Shown here: one piece after another, positions 36,109 through 47,507 of the stretch
Numbering within the stretch: the first letter of the stretch is position 1
Layout of the letters: the number at the start of each line of letters is the position of its first letter
Assembly (NCBI GenBank): GCA_963674865.2
Contig: CAXXYE010000002.1
Location: 173,325 to 237,324 of the forward strand
Direction: 5' to 3'
Source of the DNA: Candidatus Hydrogenedentota bacterium
GTDB taxonomy: Bacteria > Hydrogenedentota > Hydrogenedentia > Hydrogenedentales > SLHB01
Length of the DNA stretch: 64,000 nucleotides
Made by a program: the position numbers and the translations under genes
The notes under the pieces: model-generated
Databases searched by the model: none
What the model saw: only the letters and a program-made list of their open reading frames with translations
Told to the model about the DNA's origin: nothing

Positions 36109-38508
36109 ATGAAGCCGTTGGCGACAATAAGTGACGCACTCGTGCGCGCTGGGATCAGCGCGGTATTGGTATGCGCCACGCTTGCCTGTATCTCTCGGGC
36201 GGCACCCGCTCAAACAAGGCGCAATCCTCGCATCCCTTCCATCGGGTCAAAGAACTTGCTGCCGAACAGCAGCTTCGAGTTGGGTGCGGATGGATGGTCT
36301 TCGCTGGGGAAACCGACGGCGTGGGGGGGCGATCTCTGTGGCCTCGTAGGAGCGATACAGGCGGGCGATGCATTTGTCGGCACGCACTGCCTCCGTATCG
36401 AACTTGCCCCCGGCAAGACGCCCGTCACCCATTCCGACTACACACTAGCCGCGTCCAAGTCGGTCATACAGGCCGCGCCGCTCGCGGCCAACCTGGGATG
36501 GATAGACGTAAGCGTCGGCCAACTCTACACGCTGTCGGCCTACATGCGGGCGGACAGAGAGGATGTCCCCGCCGACCTCGTGTTTCGCTTTGGCGGCGAC
36601 GTCAACTCGACTTTCGGCAGCGACACGCACACAAAGCGCGTGAGCCTCTCACAGGAGTGGGCTCGATACTCCTTTTCCATGACGGCGGAGCAGCCGGACG
36701 TCTTCGTAGCCGTGGGCCCCAATCTGAGCGATACGCCGGATGCTTCGGCCACGGTTTGGATTGATGCGGTACAACTTGAAGCGTCGCCCGAGACGGCGGA
36801 GGCCTCCCCGGCGCCGACGGAATATGCGCCCCGCGAGCCGGTGGAGGTGGGAATCGACGGTGGGCATTACGGAAACCTGTTCGATGTAGGCGAGTCCGTT
36901 GGATTCTCTGTGTACGCCTCCAACACGACAGCGTCATCTCACACGGTTGAAGTGCAAGCGCGTCTGGAAGATTACTTCGGAGAGCTCGGGCCGGCGTCTC
37001 TCTGCTGCGTGAAGGTTCCGGGGAAAGGCCGCGCCAGCGCATTCCTGCCGCTTGCTGCGCCCGGCGCGGGTTACTACAAGGCCCAGGTGTCATGGAACGC
37101 CGCAGGCGCTACTCATATCCGGACAATCAAGATGGCCGTAATCGACACGTATCCATGGAAAGACTCGCCCTTTGGCCTCAACCATTTCCCCACGACAGCC
37201 GCCGCGTGTGAACAACTGAAGAAGGCCGGCGTTACCTGGGCCCGCGACTGGTCAATGAAGTGGGAGTCAATCGAACCAAGAGAAAGCACGTACGATTTCA
37301 CAGAGATTGGTCGGCAAGTGGGACGGATCTTGGACCTCGGCGCGAATCTGTTACCTCTGCTTCCCCCGCAGCCGTCCTCGACCTGGGCCTCGGAAGCCCC
37401 GATGGGCGAACTCACCGCCGTGAAGCGGGCCGCATATGCCCCTGCGCCCGAGCACCGCGCGCAATTGAACGCTTTCATCACCGCCACCGTGGAGCGGTAT
37501 AAGGATCGCCTGGACTACTGGGAATTCCTCAATGAGCCGCTCTGGGTGCCGTGGTACTGCTTGCCGACTAGCGCGGGATACACCGTGGACACCTACTTGG
37601 GCCTCTTGAAAGGGGCGTCTGCTGCAATGAAGGCCGCCGATCCGACGTGTCACGTGATCGGCGGCCTGTCCTGCATGGCAACAAGCAAGTTGGGGGAGGA
37701 GTTCATTCAGAAGGGCGGGCTGGCCCACGTGGATATCTACAATCTGCATCCGTATCCGGAAGGGGATGCCCCTGAGTCATTTATCCCTTCGATGCAGCGT
37801 ATTCTAGCCGTTATGGACACGTACGGCGGCCGCAAACCGATTTGGGCCACCGAATTGAGCTACTGGGCCACCGATGACAAGCCGTGGTCGCCGTGGGCGC
37901 CTCCAAATCCCGATCACTGGGCGGCCAATCGCCAGCAGTCCAGCGAACGGGAGGCCGCCGATTTCAATATTCGGGAGGCCGTGATTCTACTGGCGCACGG
38001 CGTGGTGAAGATCTTCTGGCACTCGGGACTTGAGGGAGAGCTCAACAACGGATCGCATGACCTCGAGAATCCGCTTCTCGACCCGGAGGCCATTCCGCAG
38101 AAGTTCTTCGCGGCCCAAGCGGCCTTGGCCCGCTTGCTGGGGCCGGCCCCGAGCTTCGCAGCCGCACTCGAGAAGCCGGAAACGGTATCGGGCCACAGTA
38201 CGGACGATGTACACGGATACGCGTTCGATACGCCGAGCGGCGCCGCCATGGCTGTTTGGGCGCCGGGCACGCTAAACGACGGCAGACGTAGTGACGAGTG
38301 GACGGCGCCGCTTGGTGAATCGCCCGTCTACGTCACGACTCGGGCGATGACGGCCCTGGAACTGTCCCGGGCTTGTACACTTATCCGCAACGCAGACGCG
38401 TGGGCTCTGGAAGTACCTGATTGCATTGTCGTGCAGACGATTGTGGGCACTCCCATGCTCACAGAGGGGCAGAAGCCTGTTCAAGCGGGATCAGAATCCG
38501 ATCGATGA
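36109..38508 (+). CDS. Secreted glycoside hydrolase (clan GH-A-like) with N-terminal carbohydrate-binding-like module
   Basis: NLLPNSSFE module; WEFLNEP acid/base, HPY and IWATE nucleophile motifs. Confidence 0.7.
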   Translation: MKPLATISDALVRAGISAVLVCATLACISRAAPAQTRRNPRIPSIGSKNLLPNSSFELGADGWSSLGKPTAWGGDLCGLVGAIQAGDAFVGTHCLRIELAPGKTPVTHSDYTLAASKSVIQAAPLAANLGWIDVSVGQLYTLSAYMRADREDVPADLVFRFGGDVNSTFGSDTHTKRVSLSQEWARYSFSMTAEQPDVFVAVGPNLSDTPDASATVWIDAVQLEASPETAEASPAPTEYAPREPVEVGIDGGHYGNLFDVGESVGFSVYASNTTASSHTVEVQARLEDYFGELGPASLCCVKVPGKGRASAFLPLAAPGAGYYKAQVSWNAAGATHIRTIKMAVIDTYPWKDSPFGLNHFPTTAAACEQLKKAGVTWARDWSMKWESIEPRESTYDFTEIGRQVGRILDLGANLLPLLPPQPSSTWASEAPMGELTAVKRAAYAPAPEHRAQLNAFITATVERYKDRLDYWEFLNEPLWVPWYCLPTSAGYTVDTYLGLLKGASAAMKAADPTCHVIGGLSCMATSKLGEEFIQKGGLAHVDIYNLHPYPEGDAPESFIPSMQRILAVMDTYGGRKPIWATELSYWATDDKPWSPWAPPNPDHWAANRQQSSEREAADFNIREAVILLAHGVVKIFWHSGLEGELNNGSHDLENPLLDPEAIPQKFFAAQAALARLLGPAPSFAAALEKPETVSGHSTDDVHGYAFDTPSGAAMAVWAPGTLNDGRRSDEWTAPLGESPVYVTTRAMTALELSRACTLIRNADAWALEVPDCIVVQTIVGTPMLTEGQKPVQAGSESDR

Positions 38509-40003
38509 CTGCATTAGGCTGTCAATGTGCCAGAAGACAAAGGAATACAGCTTTGTGCTTCGGCATTCGAACCGCAGCCGTACCGGTTTCCCCGCCAGGT
38601 CTCCCACATCGGAATCGCCGTCGCGCCACTCCGCGGACACCATCCGGCCGTCGCCGTTGATGTGCCGTGCATCCGCTAGGCCGTATCCGGGGATTTCGTT
38701 GCCCGCCGCGTCAAGGATGGCTACGCGTGCCTCGCCACTGGCCGAGGTGTTGATGTTGAGAGAGAGCCTGTCGCCTTGGAATGTGAGGGGGGCGGTGATT
38801 ACCGTCCCGCCCTCGTATTCAAAGTCGAGGGAAATGAAGCCGTCATAGCGCTGCTCCACGCGGAAGATCCCGCCCAGTTGACGGCCACCCTCGCCATAGC
38901 GGGCCTGGGTGTCGCCGTGCGTGAAGGTGTGGCCCACGAAATACTGCGCCAGGCCGTGTTCCTCATGGATGATGCCGGGGATCATTATTGCGACTCTCAC
39001 GTTCAAACCATCGTATTGGCCCGTGGCAATGTAAGGTGTGCGGTAGCGCGTCCAGGACCGGCCGTCGCGGCTGGTGGCCAGTTGGGTGTCGATAGCGCCG
39101 TCGTCGGACATCCCGCCGCGCGTCAGTGCGGGAACGTTGAGGTGAGCGCGCTCAGCGGGCTCATTGTAGTGGTAGTAGGGCGTCGGGAATCCGAGATAGG
39201 CCGTCTCGTACTTCTCGCACGCGTTCGTATAGAGGTCCAAACCAGGCGGATCGGCATCGTCGCGGGACATGACCACCGGAATCTCGTCCGGCCACGGTTC
39301 ATCGATCGTGCGCGTGGTGAAGAAGCCGACCGCGCGGGCGCCATTGTGCATCACGCGCGGGTAGTGAAAGTACCGTTCCCGTTCATTGTCCCAGAAGGTC
39401 GAAATCTGGCTGTCGAAATGGGGCGATGGCATCTGGCGCCTTTGCATGGTGAAGTGTACGCCGTCGGGCGAGGCGAACAGCTGCGTCCCGAGTATTGGAT
39501 CGCTTGAGATGTAGGCGTAGCGGTATTCGGGGTCTGCCTTTGGATCATGAATGACGGCGCCCCCCCGCTGTCCCCAGCTCACCAGGTTGTTGTCTTTCGA
39601 GCCCTTCCATTCGACGACACCGAGGGATGGTTTCTCCCAGTGGACCCCGTCCTCGGTTGTGGCGAGCGCCAGGCCGAAGCCCGGCTCCACGTCCGGGCAG
39701 ACGCACCCCATAGTACAGCTTGCACTGCCTTGACGTCGGCTGGCGACGCTGGTTGCTGTGATCCCGGAAGACGTTGCCGTAGCTCGCAATACCGCCCTTC
39801 TCCCACGGTTTGTCGGCGACTATCACCAGTTCATCGAAGCGCGGCGGGTTGACGGTTAGTTTCGCTCCTTCGACGGTGTCCAAGAGCATCTTGTCCAGGA
39901 ATAGAAACCGACCAGAGAGCGCGAGAGGCTCCTCGGCGCCGGCGGCGAGGACATACGCGATCAGCGCCATCACAGTGAGAGCGAATCGAGGTTGAGGGTG
40001 CAT
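38491..40003 (-). CDS. Putative exported beta-propeller glycosidase-like protein; frameshift at ~39706-39709
   Basis: Asp-box-like TEDGVHWEKP, SPDGVHF, SRDGRSW; two track ORFs join if one base is removed from the C4 run. Confidence 0.6.
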
Positions 40004-40360
40004 GACTCCGAGATCTCCCATAGGCAAGGCGTACCGCCATCGCAAACTCATTTCCCGTCATTGTAGGCCCGTTTGCCGGTACCTTCAATGCAACTTCTGC
40101 TGTCGAGGCGGCTCTCTTGTGTCGTTTACAGCTTAATCGTGGCGGAGCTCAAGATGACGTCGCCAAGTGGGAAATCCGGGTCTAGAGTCATCCATCAACA
40201 GACGTGTCGTAAAGGCATTTCGAGCGTCGCGGGCGTAGAGTTCCTTGAAACCGCTAGCGTGTACGTCTATGGTAGCGGAAGGCCTGCCTGCGGCGGTGGC
40301 CGGCCGTCCTGTATAAAAACACCTGACCACATTGAGCGACCGCATAAGAAGGATGCAGCC

Positions 40361-41758
40361 ATGAACTCGTGGAGTCCTGCCGTTCTGCCGCTTTGTCTAT
40401 CATCGGAGTTAGAGGCGATCTATCGGGATGCCGTCAAGGTCCTGGAAACCATCGGTGTGGAATGCGCGCACGAGGAGACGGTGCGGCGCCTGCGCGATGA
40501 GTTGGGGGCCTCCTGTGCGGATGGGCGGGTGCGCTTCCCCGCGAAGGCCGTCGAAGCGCACGTTGAGGCCAGGCGGGGGCAGATCGCAGCTTCGAATGTT
40601 GATGAGCCGGCGTTCTCGATGGGGCGCTGTTGGGCGTGCCTCAACTACTGCGATCCAGAGACGCTCGATGTTCGGCCTGGGACGAGCGAGGAAGTCGCGC
40701 TGATGGTTCGTTTCTGGGATGCGCGGGATCTCGTGGGTGTTGTTCCGCTGCTCCCGGGAGACGTGCCGCCTGAATTGGCGACTTTGGCCGCGGAGCGTAT
40801 TGGGCTGCTCAATTCGCGGGGTCTTGGGGGAACGCTCACGGTCATGGATCCCGAGGAGGTGCGTTTCCTGATCGACATGAACCTTGCGGCGGGGCGGACG
40901 TACAAGCTCGAGGAGCAGGTGGGCATGAGTCCGCTTAAGTTCAACGCGAAGGGCCTGGAAACGATCATGAGCTTCATGGGGAATCCGGACGTGCGGCTGA
41001 AGCTGGGCGGCTCCATCCCGATGGCGGGGGCCAACTGTCCGCTCGATCCGCGCGGCGCGGCCGTTCAGGCTACTGCCGAACGCCTTGCGCTCGATATCCT
41101 GTGCGCCGTGCTCGATATCGAGGGGCCGGGGCCCAAGATCCGCATCGAGCCCTTTGATATGCGGTATTCCACGATTGTGTTCGGTTCCCCGGAGTGGTGT
41201 CTGTACATCGGGATGGCGCTGAGTATGAACGAGTTTCTCATGGGGCGGAAGGATCGAGCCGGCATGTTTCGCAGCACGGCCAAAGGCCCCGATCCGCAGG
41301 CCGCGTGCGAGCGCATGGCGTCCGTGCTGTTCCAGGCGCTCATGGGCGTGCGCGTGTTCGGGGCGGTCGGGCAACTGAGCATTGACGAAGTCTTCAGTCC
41401 GCAACAGGCGATCATCGACGGCGAGATCCTGGCCTACGCGGCGCGCGTGGTTGAGGGCTTCGATTGGGGCCGCGGCGACTCGGTTGAGATGATACGCGAG
41501 GGCATGGCCGGGGGCGCCTTTATCGATACCGAGGATACCGTGGCACGCTTCCGGGAGTTCTATCATTTCTCCGATCTCTTCCGGCACTGGAATGTGGGGC
41601 GCTGGCGTTCCGAAGGCAGTCCGTCTGTGCTCTCCGAGGCGTGGGCCCGCGCGCAGGAGACGATTCGGCAATCTACGTTCGAGTTGGCGCCTGATCAGCG
41701 CAAGCAGGTTGAGCGTCTCTACTCAGAAGCGGAAGATTATATCCGGACGCGAGCGTAA
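40361..41758 (+). CDS. Trimethylamine:corrinoid methyltransferase (MttB) superfamily protein, divergent
   Basis: IYRDAVKVLETIGV..GRVRFP, SPLK, PMAGANCP, FGSPE, GQLSIDEVFSPQQAIIDGEI; no in-frame amber codon. Confidence 0.7.
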   Translation: MNSWSPAVLPLCLSSELEAIYRDAVKVLETIGVECAHEETVRRLRDELGASCADGRVRFPAKAVEAHVEARRGQIAASNVDEPAFSMGRCWACLNYCDPETLDVRPGTSEEVALMVRFWDARDLVGVVPLLPGDVPPELATLAAERIGLLNSRGLGGTLTVMDPEEVRFLIDMNLAAGRTYKLEEQVGMSPLKFNAKGLETIMSFMGNPDVRLKLGGSIPMAGANCPLDPRGAAVQATAERLALDILCAVLDIEGPGPKIRIEPFDMRYSTIVFGSPEWCLYIGMALSMNEFLMGRKDRAGMFRSTAKGPDPQAACERMASVLFQALMGVRVFGAVGQLSIDEVFSPQQAIIDGEILAYAARVVEGFDWGRGDSVEMIREGMAGGAFIDTEDTVARFREFYHFSDLFRHWNVGRWRSEGSPSVLSEAWARAQETIRQSTFELAPDQRKQVERLYSEAEDYIRTRA

Positions 41759-41797
41759 GGCACGATACGGCCGCGTTCCAAGGACTGCTCGAGGCGG

Positions 41798-43442
41798 TCA
41801 GCATTGGCCGCGGCGGGAGACGGCGCTCCGCAGCGGGGGACGGACGCGGTGATGGTAAGGGCTGTCGGTTTCGAGCTGACAGTGATAGATTTCGATCAGG
41901 CGCATCATGGCGGCTTCGGCCGCGGGCGTCTCGAGGCCCTCGCCGATGAAGCGCTCCCGGTCGAGGATGGCCCGCAGATACAGGATTTCCCAGCGCCAGT
42001 TTCGCTTCGCCCATGCGGGCAGGCGGTCGTTTACCTCTTCCGCCAGCCTGTAGGCCCGCTGGACGCCGTCCGCGTCTACTGGCTGCTTGAGGTAGGATCT
42101 GCTTGCCGCAGCCTCTAGGAGGTCGATCATTGCCAAAACGTCTTCAGTAACTCCTGGCCCGAATTCGTATACGATGTACTCCGCGAGCGTCGCGCGTGCG
42201 GATTGGTCGGCGTCCCAGTAGAACTGGGCAATGACGACCTTGTTGGCGTCCTCGTAAATGCCTTCGCTGTAAGGGAATCCGCCTTTCACGACGTGCTTGA
42301 CTTGATCCCATAGGCGCTGAAACCGGGCGGGGAGCGGATTGGCGCCCACCGCCGCCCCAGGGCCAGTTGCCCCACATGCTGATCTCGGGGAAATTAAGCA
42401 GGGGCAGGTTGCCTGGGACGCCGACGTCCAGGGGATAGCGCGGATAGTCGTTGTGGGAGTCCGCGAGGATATAGTCCACCCATCCGGGATCGGTGCTAAG
42501 GGCCTCCGTGAGTCCTTCCCACTCGCCTTCGGGAGGTGTGTCGAACATCCAGGTGCTCAGGATTGTCTCTAGGTTGGGGAAGTACTCGCGGCCAAGCCGC
42601 GTGAGGTCGCGGGACAGCTTTAGGAAGCCGTTCGTGCCCCACGGTAGGCATTTCTCACAGGCACAGCCGCCTTCGTCGTAGGGCCAGTACATGAGCATAT
42701 CCAAACCGACGTCGCGCAGGCGCTCGAAGAATTGCCGCGCCTGCTCCATGATGTAGGCGTGGCCCTCCGGGTTGCTCGGGCAGACGGGGTTGCCGCTGTT
42801 GCCGCGCCGGTGCAAGGGATCGGGGAGCGGCGTGGCGCGAAGGGCCTCCGGCACCCCGCTGAAGAGGGCGTTGTTCAGCCCCATGCTGAAGAGGAATCCG
42901 AGCTCCTTGGCCATCCGGCCGTATCTTTTTGCCATCTCGACGGCCTTGTCGGCTTCGGGGTCATCCCAGTCCCGGAAATCGATGAAGGGGAAGCAGATCT
43001 TTAGGGCGTTCACGCCCCACAAGGCCAAGTCTTCCAAGTAGCGCGCGATCTCGTTATCCGGGGCCTCGTGGTACCAGTTGTGGAAATGCGATGCGAGGTA
43101 CATGCCCCGCATGCTGCCCCGCGGCGCTGAGGCGCCTCGCCAGGATGAAGGCGTGAAACCTTCGTCATAGCGGCTGGTACGAAGGAACTTGCCGATACCG
43201 TAGAGCAAACCGCGCGGCGACCCGCCGGCGACCTGAACCGCCGCGCCGGCCTGGTCGATGGAATAGCCTTCTGGGGGCAAGGTGTCGGCAGTAGCCAAGA
43301 TGACCTGTGCCTCATTATCGGACTCCACCACCTTCGCCGAGCAGCGCTGCTGGATGCGTTCCTTCAGGATTGTGAACGCTCTAGCGGCCAGCGGATCCGG
43401 ATTTGCCTGTACCTTAACCTTGACCTGATGTGTTTCGCTCAT
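41798..43442 (-). CDS. Putative glycoside hydrolase (GH20/GH67-like N-terminal domain); frameshift at ~42350
   Basis: EGYSI...GLLYGIG.FLR, RGMYLASHFHNWY, WPYDEGGC; the two ORFs join as WPWGG/VGANPLP. Confidence 0.6.
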
Positions 43443-43737
43443 GTTCTCACCTTGCAGGATGCGTTTCGCCGGGGGCGTTGGTGTCTCTGTACCGGATTGT
43501 CGAGGTCGTTATGATACAGGCCGGCCCGTTGCCTGTAAACGAGAAGCGTCTGAGGTCCCCCTTTGCGAATGTCCCCGGAGCGGCGGCGATGAATGACTTG
43601 AAATCGGCCCTCGGTGTCCCTGATACTGGGCACAAGGGGGATGACTCGTCCTGTAGTCTCACCTGTCTTACTGCCGAGTAGGCGCTGTCAGCGGGCGGCG
43701 AGTCCAGTGGCCCCAAGAAAAAGAGGAGGGGAGTTTC

Positions 43738-45645
43738 ATGAAGTATAAGGTTGTTTCTCGTTTAGCCTCTGGTCTCGTTTGCGCTCTTCTTGCGGTGTCA
43801 CTGTTGGGCTGTCCGCCGTCGGGTACGAAAGTCACCGTACCTGACGTCGTCGGTATGACGCAGTCCGCGGCGGAGGCAGCCATCGTTGCGGCGAGTCTCA
43901 GTGTAGGTACGGTTACGACCCAGGCCAGCGCCACGGTAGCCAGCGGGCAAGTCATCAGCCAGGATCCATCCGCGAGCAGCCAGGCCAACGCGAACAGCTC
44001 CGTTGATCTTGTCGTGTCTACCGGTGCGGCTACGGTCGAATTGCCGACGCATAACTTCACCGCAGATACGACGCTCGCCGCAGGCACCTATCTAGCTACC
44101 GGCAGCGTGAGTGTCACGAATTGCACCCTCACCCTCTCTCCCGGCGTCACGATCATCTTTGCGCAGGGCAAGGAGATGACGGTGCAGCCCACGGGCCGGC
44201 TCTACGCGGTGGGCACGGCGGCCTCGCCGATTGTGCTTACAGGCCAGGAGGCCATCCGCGGCCACTGGGGCGGCCTGCGATTCTATGGCTCGAACTCCCT
44301 GACCAATCAGCTCGAATACGTGACGATTGAATACGGCGGTGGCTACTGGGACGCCAATCTGGTGGTGAACGGCTACTCGAGCAGTGAAGCTCGCGTCAGC
44401 GTGGTCAATTGCACCTTGCAGCAAAGCGAGACGTACGGGCTCTACGTAAACTCCTACAGCGTTCTCACCGGCTTCTCGGGCAACACTATCACCGCGAATA
44501 CCTCCGGCGCCGCCCAGATGGCCGCGGATGGCGCGGGTTATCTCGATGACACGAGCACGTACACCGGCAATGACGAGGACGTGGTCGAGATCTGGGGAAG
44601 CGCCGTGTCCATCGACGCTGCGTGGCCGGGCATTGACGCCGTGTATTACCCGACCGGAACAGTCACGGTGCAGGCCGAACTGACGCTTGACCCGGGCGTC
44701 TGGATCGCCTTCGGGTCAGGAGCGCAGATGGACGTCGATCCCAGCGGAGCGCTGATTGCGGTGGGTACCGATGAGGCCCCGATCCTGCTGACGGGCATGG
44801 AGCACGTGCGCGGCTACTGGGGCGGGCTCCGGTTTTACCAGACGAACTCGCCGGATAATCAACTCGACTATGTTACCGTCGAGTATGGCGGCGGGTATTG
44901 GGACGCAAATGTCTTTGTCACGGGGTCGTCGGGCCATGCCTGCCAGGTAGCCATTACCAACAGCACACTTCAGGAAAGCTTGGAGTACGGCCTTCGCTGC
45001 AACTCCTCTTACAGCACGATTACGTCGTTTTCAGGAAACACGCTGACGGCCAATACCTCCGGCGCCGCCCTGCTGGACGCCAGTTCTGCCGGGTACCTCG
45101 ACGACACGAGCACGTATATCGGGAATGACTACGATGTCGTCGAAATCTCGGGCGGGGTAGTAGATGCCGATGCCACGTGGGCCGGGCTCGACGCCGCCTA
45201 TCTATGCACCGGCAGCCCGTCCATCGATGCCGACCTGGTTATTGAGCCGGGCGCGACTATCCTCTTCGAGTCCGGCGAGTATACGTCGGTCAATACCAAT
45301 GGGAGCCTGTCTGCGGTGGGCACGGCGGCTTCGCCGATTGTCTTCTCTGGCGCGCAGGAGGTAGCGGGTTACTGGGGCGGCATTCGCTTCAACCAGACGA
45401 ATTCGCCGAATAATCAGCTTGCCTATGCCACCGTCGAGTACGGCGGCGGCTATTATGACGCGAACGTATACATCACGGGTTCTACGAGCTATCCGACTCA
45501 GGCGACGGTGGCTAATTGTCACGTCTCGGATAGCAGCAAATGGGGAATTCTCGTCAATACAGGTTATGCCACCGTGAACGCGGACATCACCACGGCCAAC
45601 ACTTTCGCCAACAATGCGAGCGGCAACGTCAGCCTCGTCAAATAG
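43738..45645 (+). CDS. PASTA-domain lipoprotein with three tandem beta-helix-like repeats
   Basis: Lipobox LLGC; PASTA VPDVVGMTQSAA...GQVISQDP; three copies of L.PG..I.F...G.L.AVGT...PI...G.WGG.RF...NQL.Y.T.EYGGGY.DAN. Confidence 0.85.
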   Translation: MKYKVVSRLASGLVCALLAVSLLGCPPSGTKVTVPDVVGMTQSAAEAAIVAASLSVGTVTTQASATVASGQVISQDPSASSQANANSSVDLVVSTGAATVELPTHNFTADTTLAAGTYLATGSVSVTNCTLTLSPGVTIIFAQGKEMTVQPTGRLYAVGTAASPIVLTGQEAIRGHWGGLRFYGSNSLTNQLEYVTIEYGGGYWDANLVVNGYSSSEARVSVVNCTLQQSETYGLYVNSYSVLTGFSGNTITANTSGAAQMAADGAGYLDDTSTYTGNDEDVVEIWGSAVSIDAAWPGIDAVYYPTGTVTVQAELTLDPGVWIAFGSGAQMDVDPSGALIAVGTDEAPILLTGMEHVRGYWGGLRFYQTNSPDNQLDYVTVEYGGGYWDANVFVTGSSGHACQVAITNSTLQESLEYGLRCNSSYSTITSFSGNTLTANTSGAALLDASSAGYLDDTSTYIGNDYDVVEISGGVVDADATWAGLDAAYLCTGSPSIDADLVIEPGATILFESGEYTSVNTNGSLSAVGTAASPIVFSGAQEVAGYWGGIRFNQTNSPNNQLAYATVEYGGGYYDANVYITGSTSYPTQATVANCHVSDSSKWGILVNTGYATVNADITTANTFANNASGNVSLVK

Positions 45646-45668
45646 TCCGTCGATAGGGAAACGGCTTG

Positions 45669-45695
45669 GGGCAGGCCTGTGTGGCCTGCCCTTTT
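45669..45695 (+). terminator. Intrinsic terminator
   Basis: gggcaggcc-tgtgt-ggcctgccc followed by tttt. Confidence 0.75.
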
Positions 45696-45776
45696 CTTGT
45701 GGGCCTGGCGGGTAAGGTAGGTTACAATGGCCGGGTGTGCGCGGTGGCTGCAAGCAAGGAGGAGAAGAAAGGCAGT

Positions 45777-47210
45777 ATGCAGAGTCCATCGTTCAGCCGA
45801 CGCGAGTTCATGCGAATGGCAGGTGCGGGCGTGGGCGCTGCGGCCTTGGGCGGGTGTGCGACCTTGCGGACGCGGCGCCAAGCGGCACGTCCCAACGTGC
45901 TGTTCATGTGCATCGACGATCTCAATGATTGGACGGGCTGTCTGGGAGGCCATCCGGATGCTAGAACGCCCAACATCGACCGGCTTGCGTCTCAGGGCGT
46001 GCTGTTCACGAACGCCTTCTGCGCGGCCCCGGCGTGCAATCCGTCGCGAACCGCCGTGCTGACAGGCGTTCGCCCATCTACCTCGGGCGTCTACATCAAC
46101 AAGCAGCCCTGGCGGGAGAACGCGATGCTGCGGGACGCCGTCACCATGCCTCAGCATTTCATGGCGCATGGCTATACGGCCCTTGGCAGCGGCAAGATCT
46201 TCCACGGGCTTGACCCCGACCCGCCCTCCTGGGACGCCTACTGGCCTTCAATGACGGAGGCGATGCCTCCCGAGCTTACGCCGCCGAAGGAGCTTCTTCC
46301 TCTGAACGGCATCCCCGATGCGCGTCAGTTCGACTGGGGGCCAATCGACGTATCCAATGAGGCGATGGCGGACTGGCAGGTGGCCGATTGGGTGATTGAG
46401 CAGCTCCATCGGCCCTATGATAGGCCCTTCTTCTTGGGGTGCGGGATCTTCCGGCCACACCTTCCGTGGTATGTTCCACGTGAGTACTTCGACATGTACC
46501 CCCTCGAAACGCTCACGCTGCCCAACGTGAAGGAAGACGACTTGGACGACGTCCCTCCGATGGGGCGCGCAATGGCCCGAACACATGACAATGCGAGGGT
46601 GTTGAAATACGGCCAATGGCGCGAAGCCGTCCAAGGATATCTTGCCAGCATCACGTTCGCGGACGCGTGCGTGGGCCGCGTGCTCGATGCACTGGCCGAC
46701 AGCCCTTACGCCGGAAATACGGTCGTGGTCTTGTGGTCCGATCACGGGTGGCACCTCGGCGAGAAGCTCCATTGGCGAAAATACGCGTTGTGGGAAGAGG
46801 CCACGCACAATGTGCTGGTCTTTGCGGGGGCCGGCGTCGGGAACGCCGGAATGGCTTGCGATGTGCCCGTCAGTCTTCTGGACCTTTACTCGACTTTGAA
46901 CGCCCTCTGCGGACTCTCTCAGCGGGAGGAGCTGGAAGGCGACAGTCTTGTGCCGCTGCTCGATGATCCCGCGGCGGGCGTGGAGCGGGCCGTTGTGACC
47001 ACGAACGGCTGGAACAATCATTCGGTGCGGTCGCGGGATTGGCGTTACACACGCTACGCCGATGGCGGCGAGGAACTCTACGATCACCGTAGCGATCCGC
47101 TTGAATGGTGGAATCTCGCCGGGGAGCCTACTTGCACGGGGGTGAAGCGAGAACTTGCCGGGTGGTTGCCGAAAGAGAACGCGCCGCCGGACCCACCATT
47201 GCCGGCATAG
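45777..47210 (+). CDS. Tat-exported sulfatase (iduronate/choline sulfatase-like)
   Basis: SRREFM twin-arginine signal; PNVLF..IDDL, CNPSR (CxPxR), GKIFH, RPHLP, SDHG. Confidence 0.9.
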   Translation: MQSPSFSRREFMRMAGAGVGAAALGGCATLRTRRQAARPNVLFMCIDDLNDWTGCLGGHPDARTPNIDRLASQGVLFTNAFCAAPACNPSRTAVLTGVRPSTSGVYINKQPWRENAMLRDAVTMPQHFMAHGYTALGSGKIFHGLDPDPPSWDAYWPSMTEAMPPELTPPKELLPLNGIPDARQFDWGPIDVSNEAMADWQVADWVIEQLHRPYDRPFFLGCGIFRPHLPWYVPREYFDMYPLETLTLPNVKEDDLDDVPPMGRAMARTHDNARVLKYGQWREAVQGYLASITFADACVGRVLDALADSPYAGNTVVVLWSDHGWHLGEKLHWRKYALWEEATHNVLVFAGAGVGNAGMACDVPVSLLDLYSTLNALCGLSQREELEGDSLVPLLDDPAAGVERAVVTTNGWNNHSVRSRDWRYTRYADGGEELYDHRSDPLEWWNLAGEPTCTGVKRELAGWLPKENAPPDPPLPA

Positions 47211-47507
47211 CTTTGCTCTGATCTTGAGAACATCTCCGACTCCCGCTATGATGTGAATTGCCTTGAGTGTGGCGTCCGCAAGGACTCGCGTAGGACTTCG
47301 GTTGAGGGAACGGGCTCTTCTGATGCAAGACCTCTCGCCGAGAACGCTGTGCACATGAGTGTCTCCTGCTTATCGCAGGACAGCACCGTAGGCCGCCTCC
47401 TTGATCCTTTTCCAAAGACGTCTCCCCACACTCGCGGCAACGCTGCGGGCGGTCTAGCGCAATATGGGCGTAGCGCTGGCCGCGGGATGTTGAGGCGTTC
47501 GGGTGCA

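Noticed and set aside
40409..41671. 420-aa minus-strand ORF
   Set aside because: Antisense to the MttB-family gene and has no motifs.
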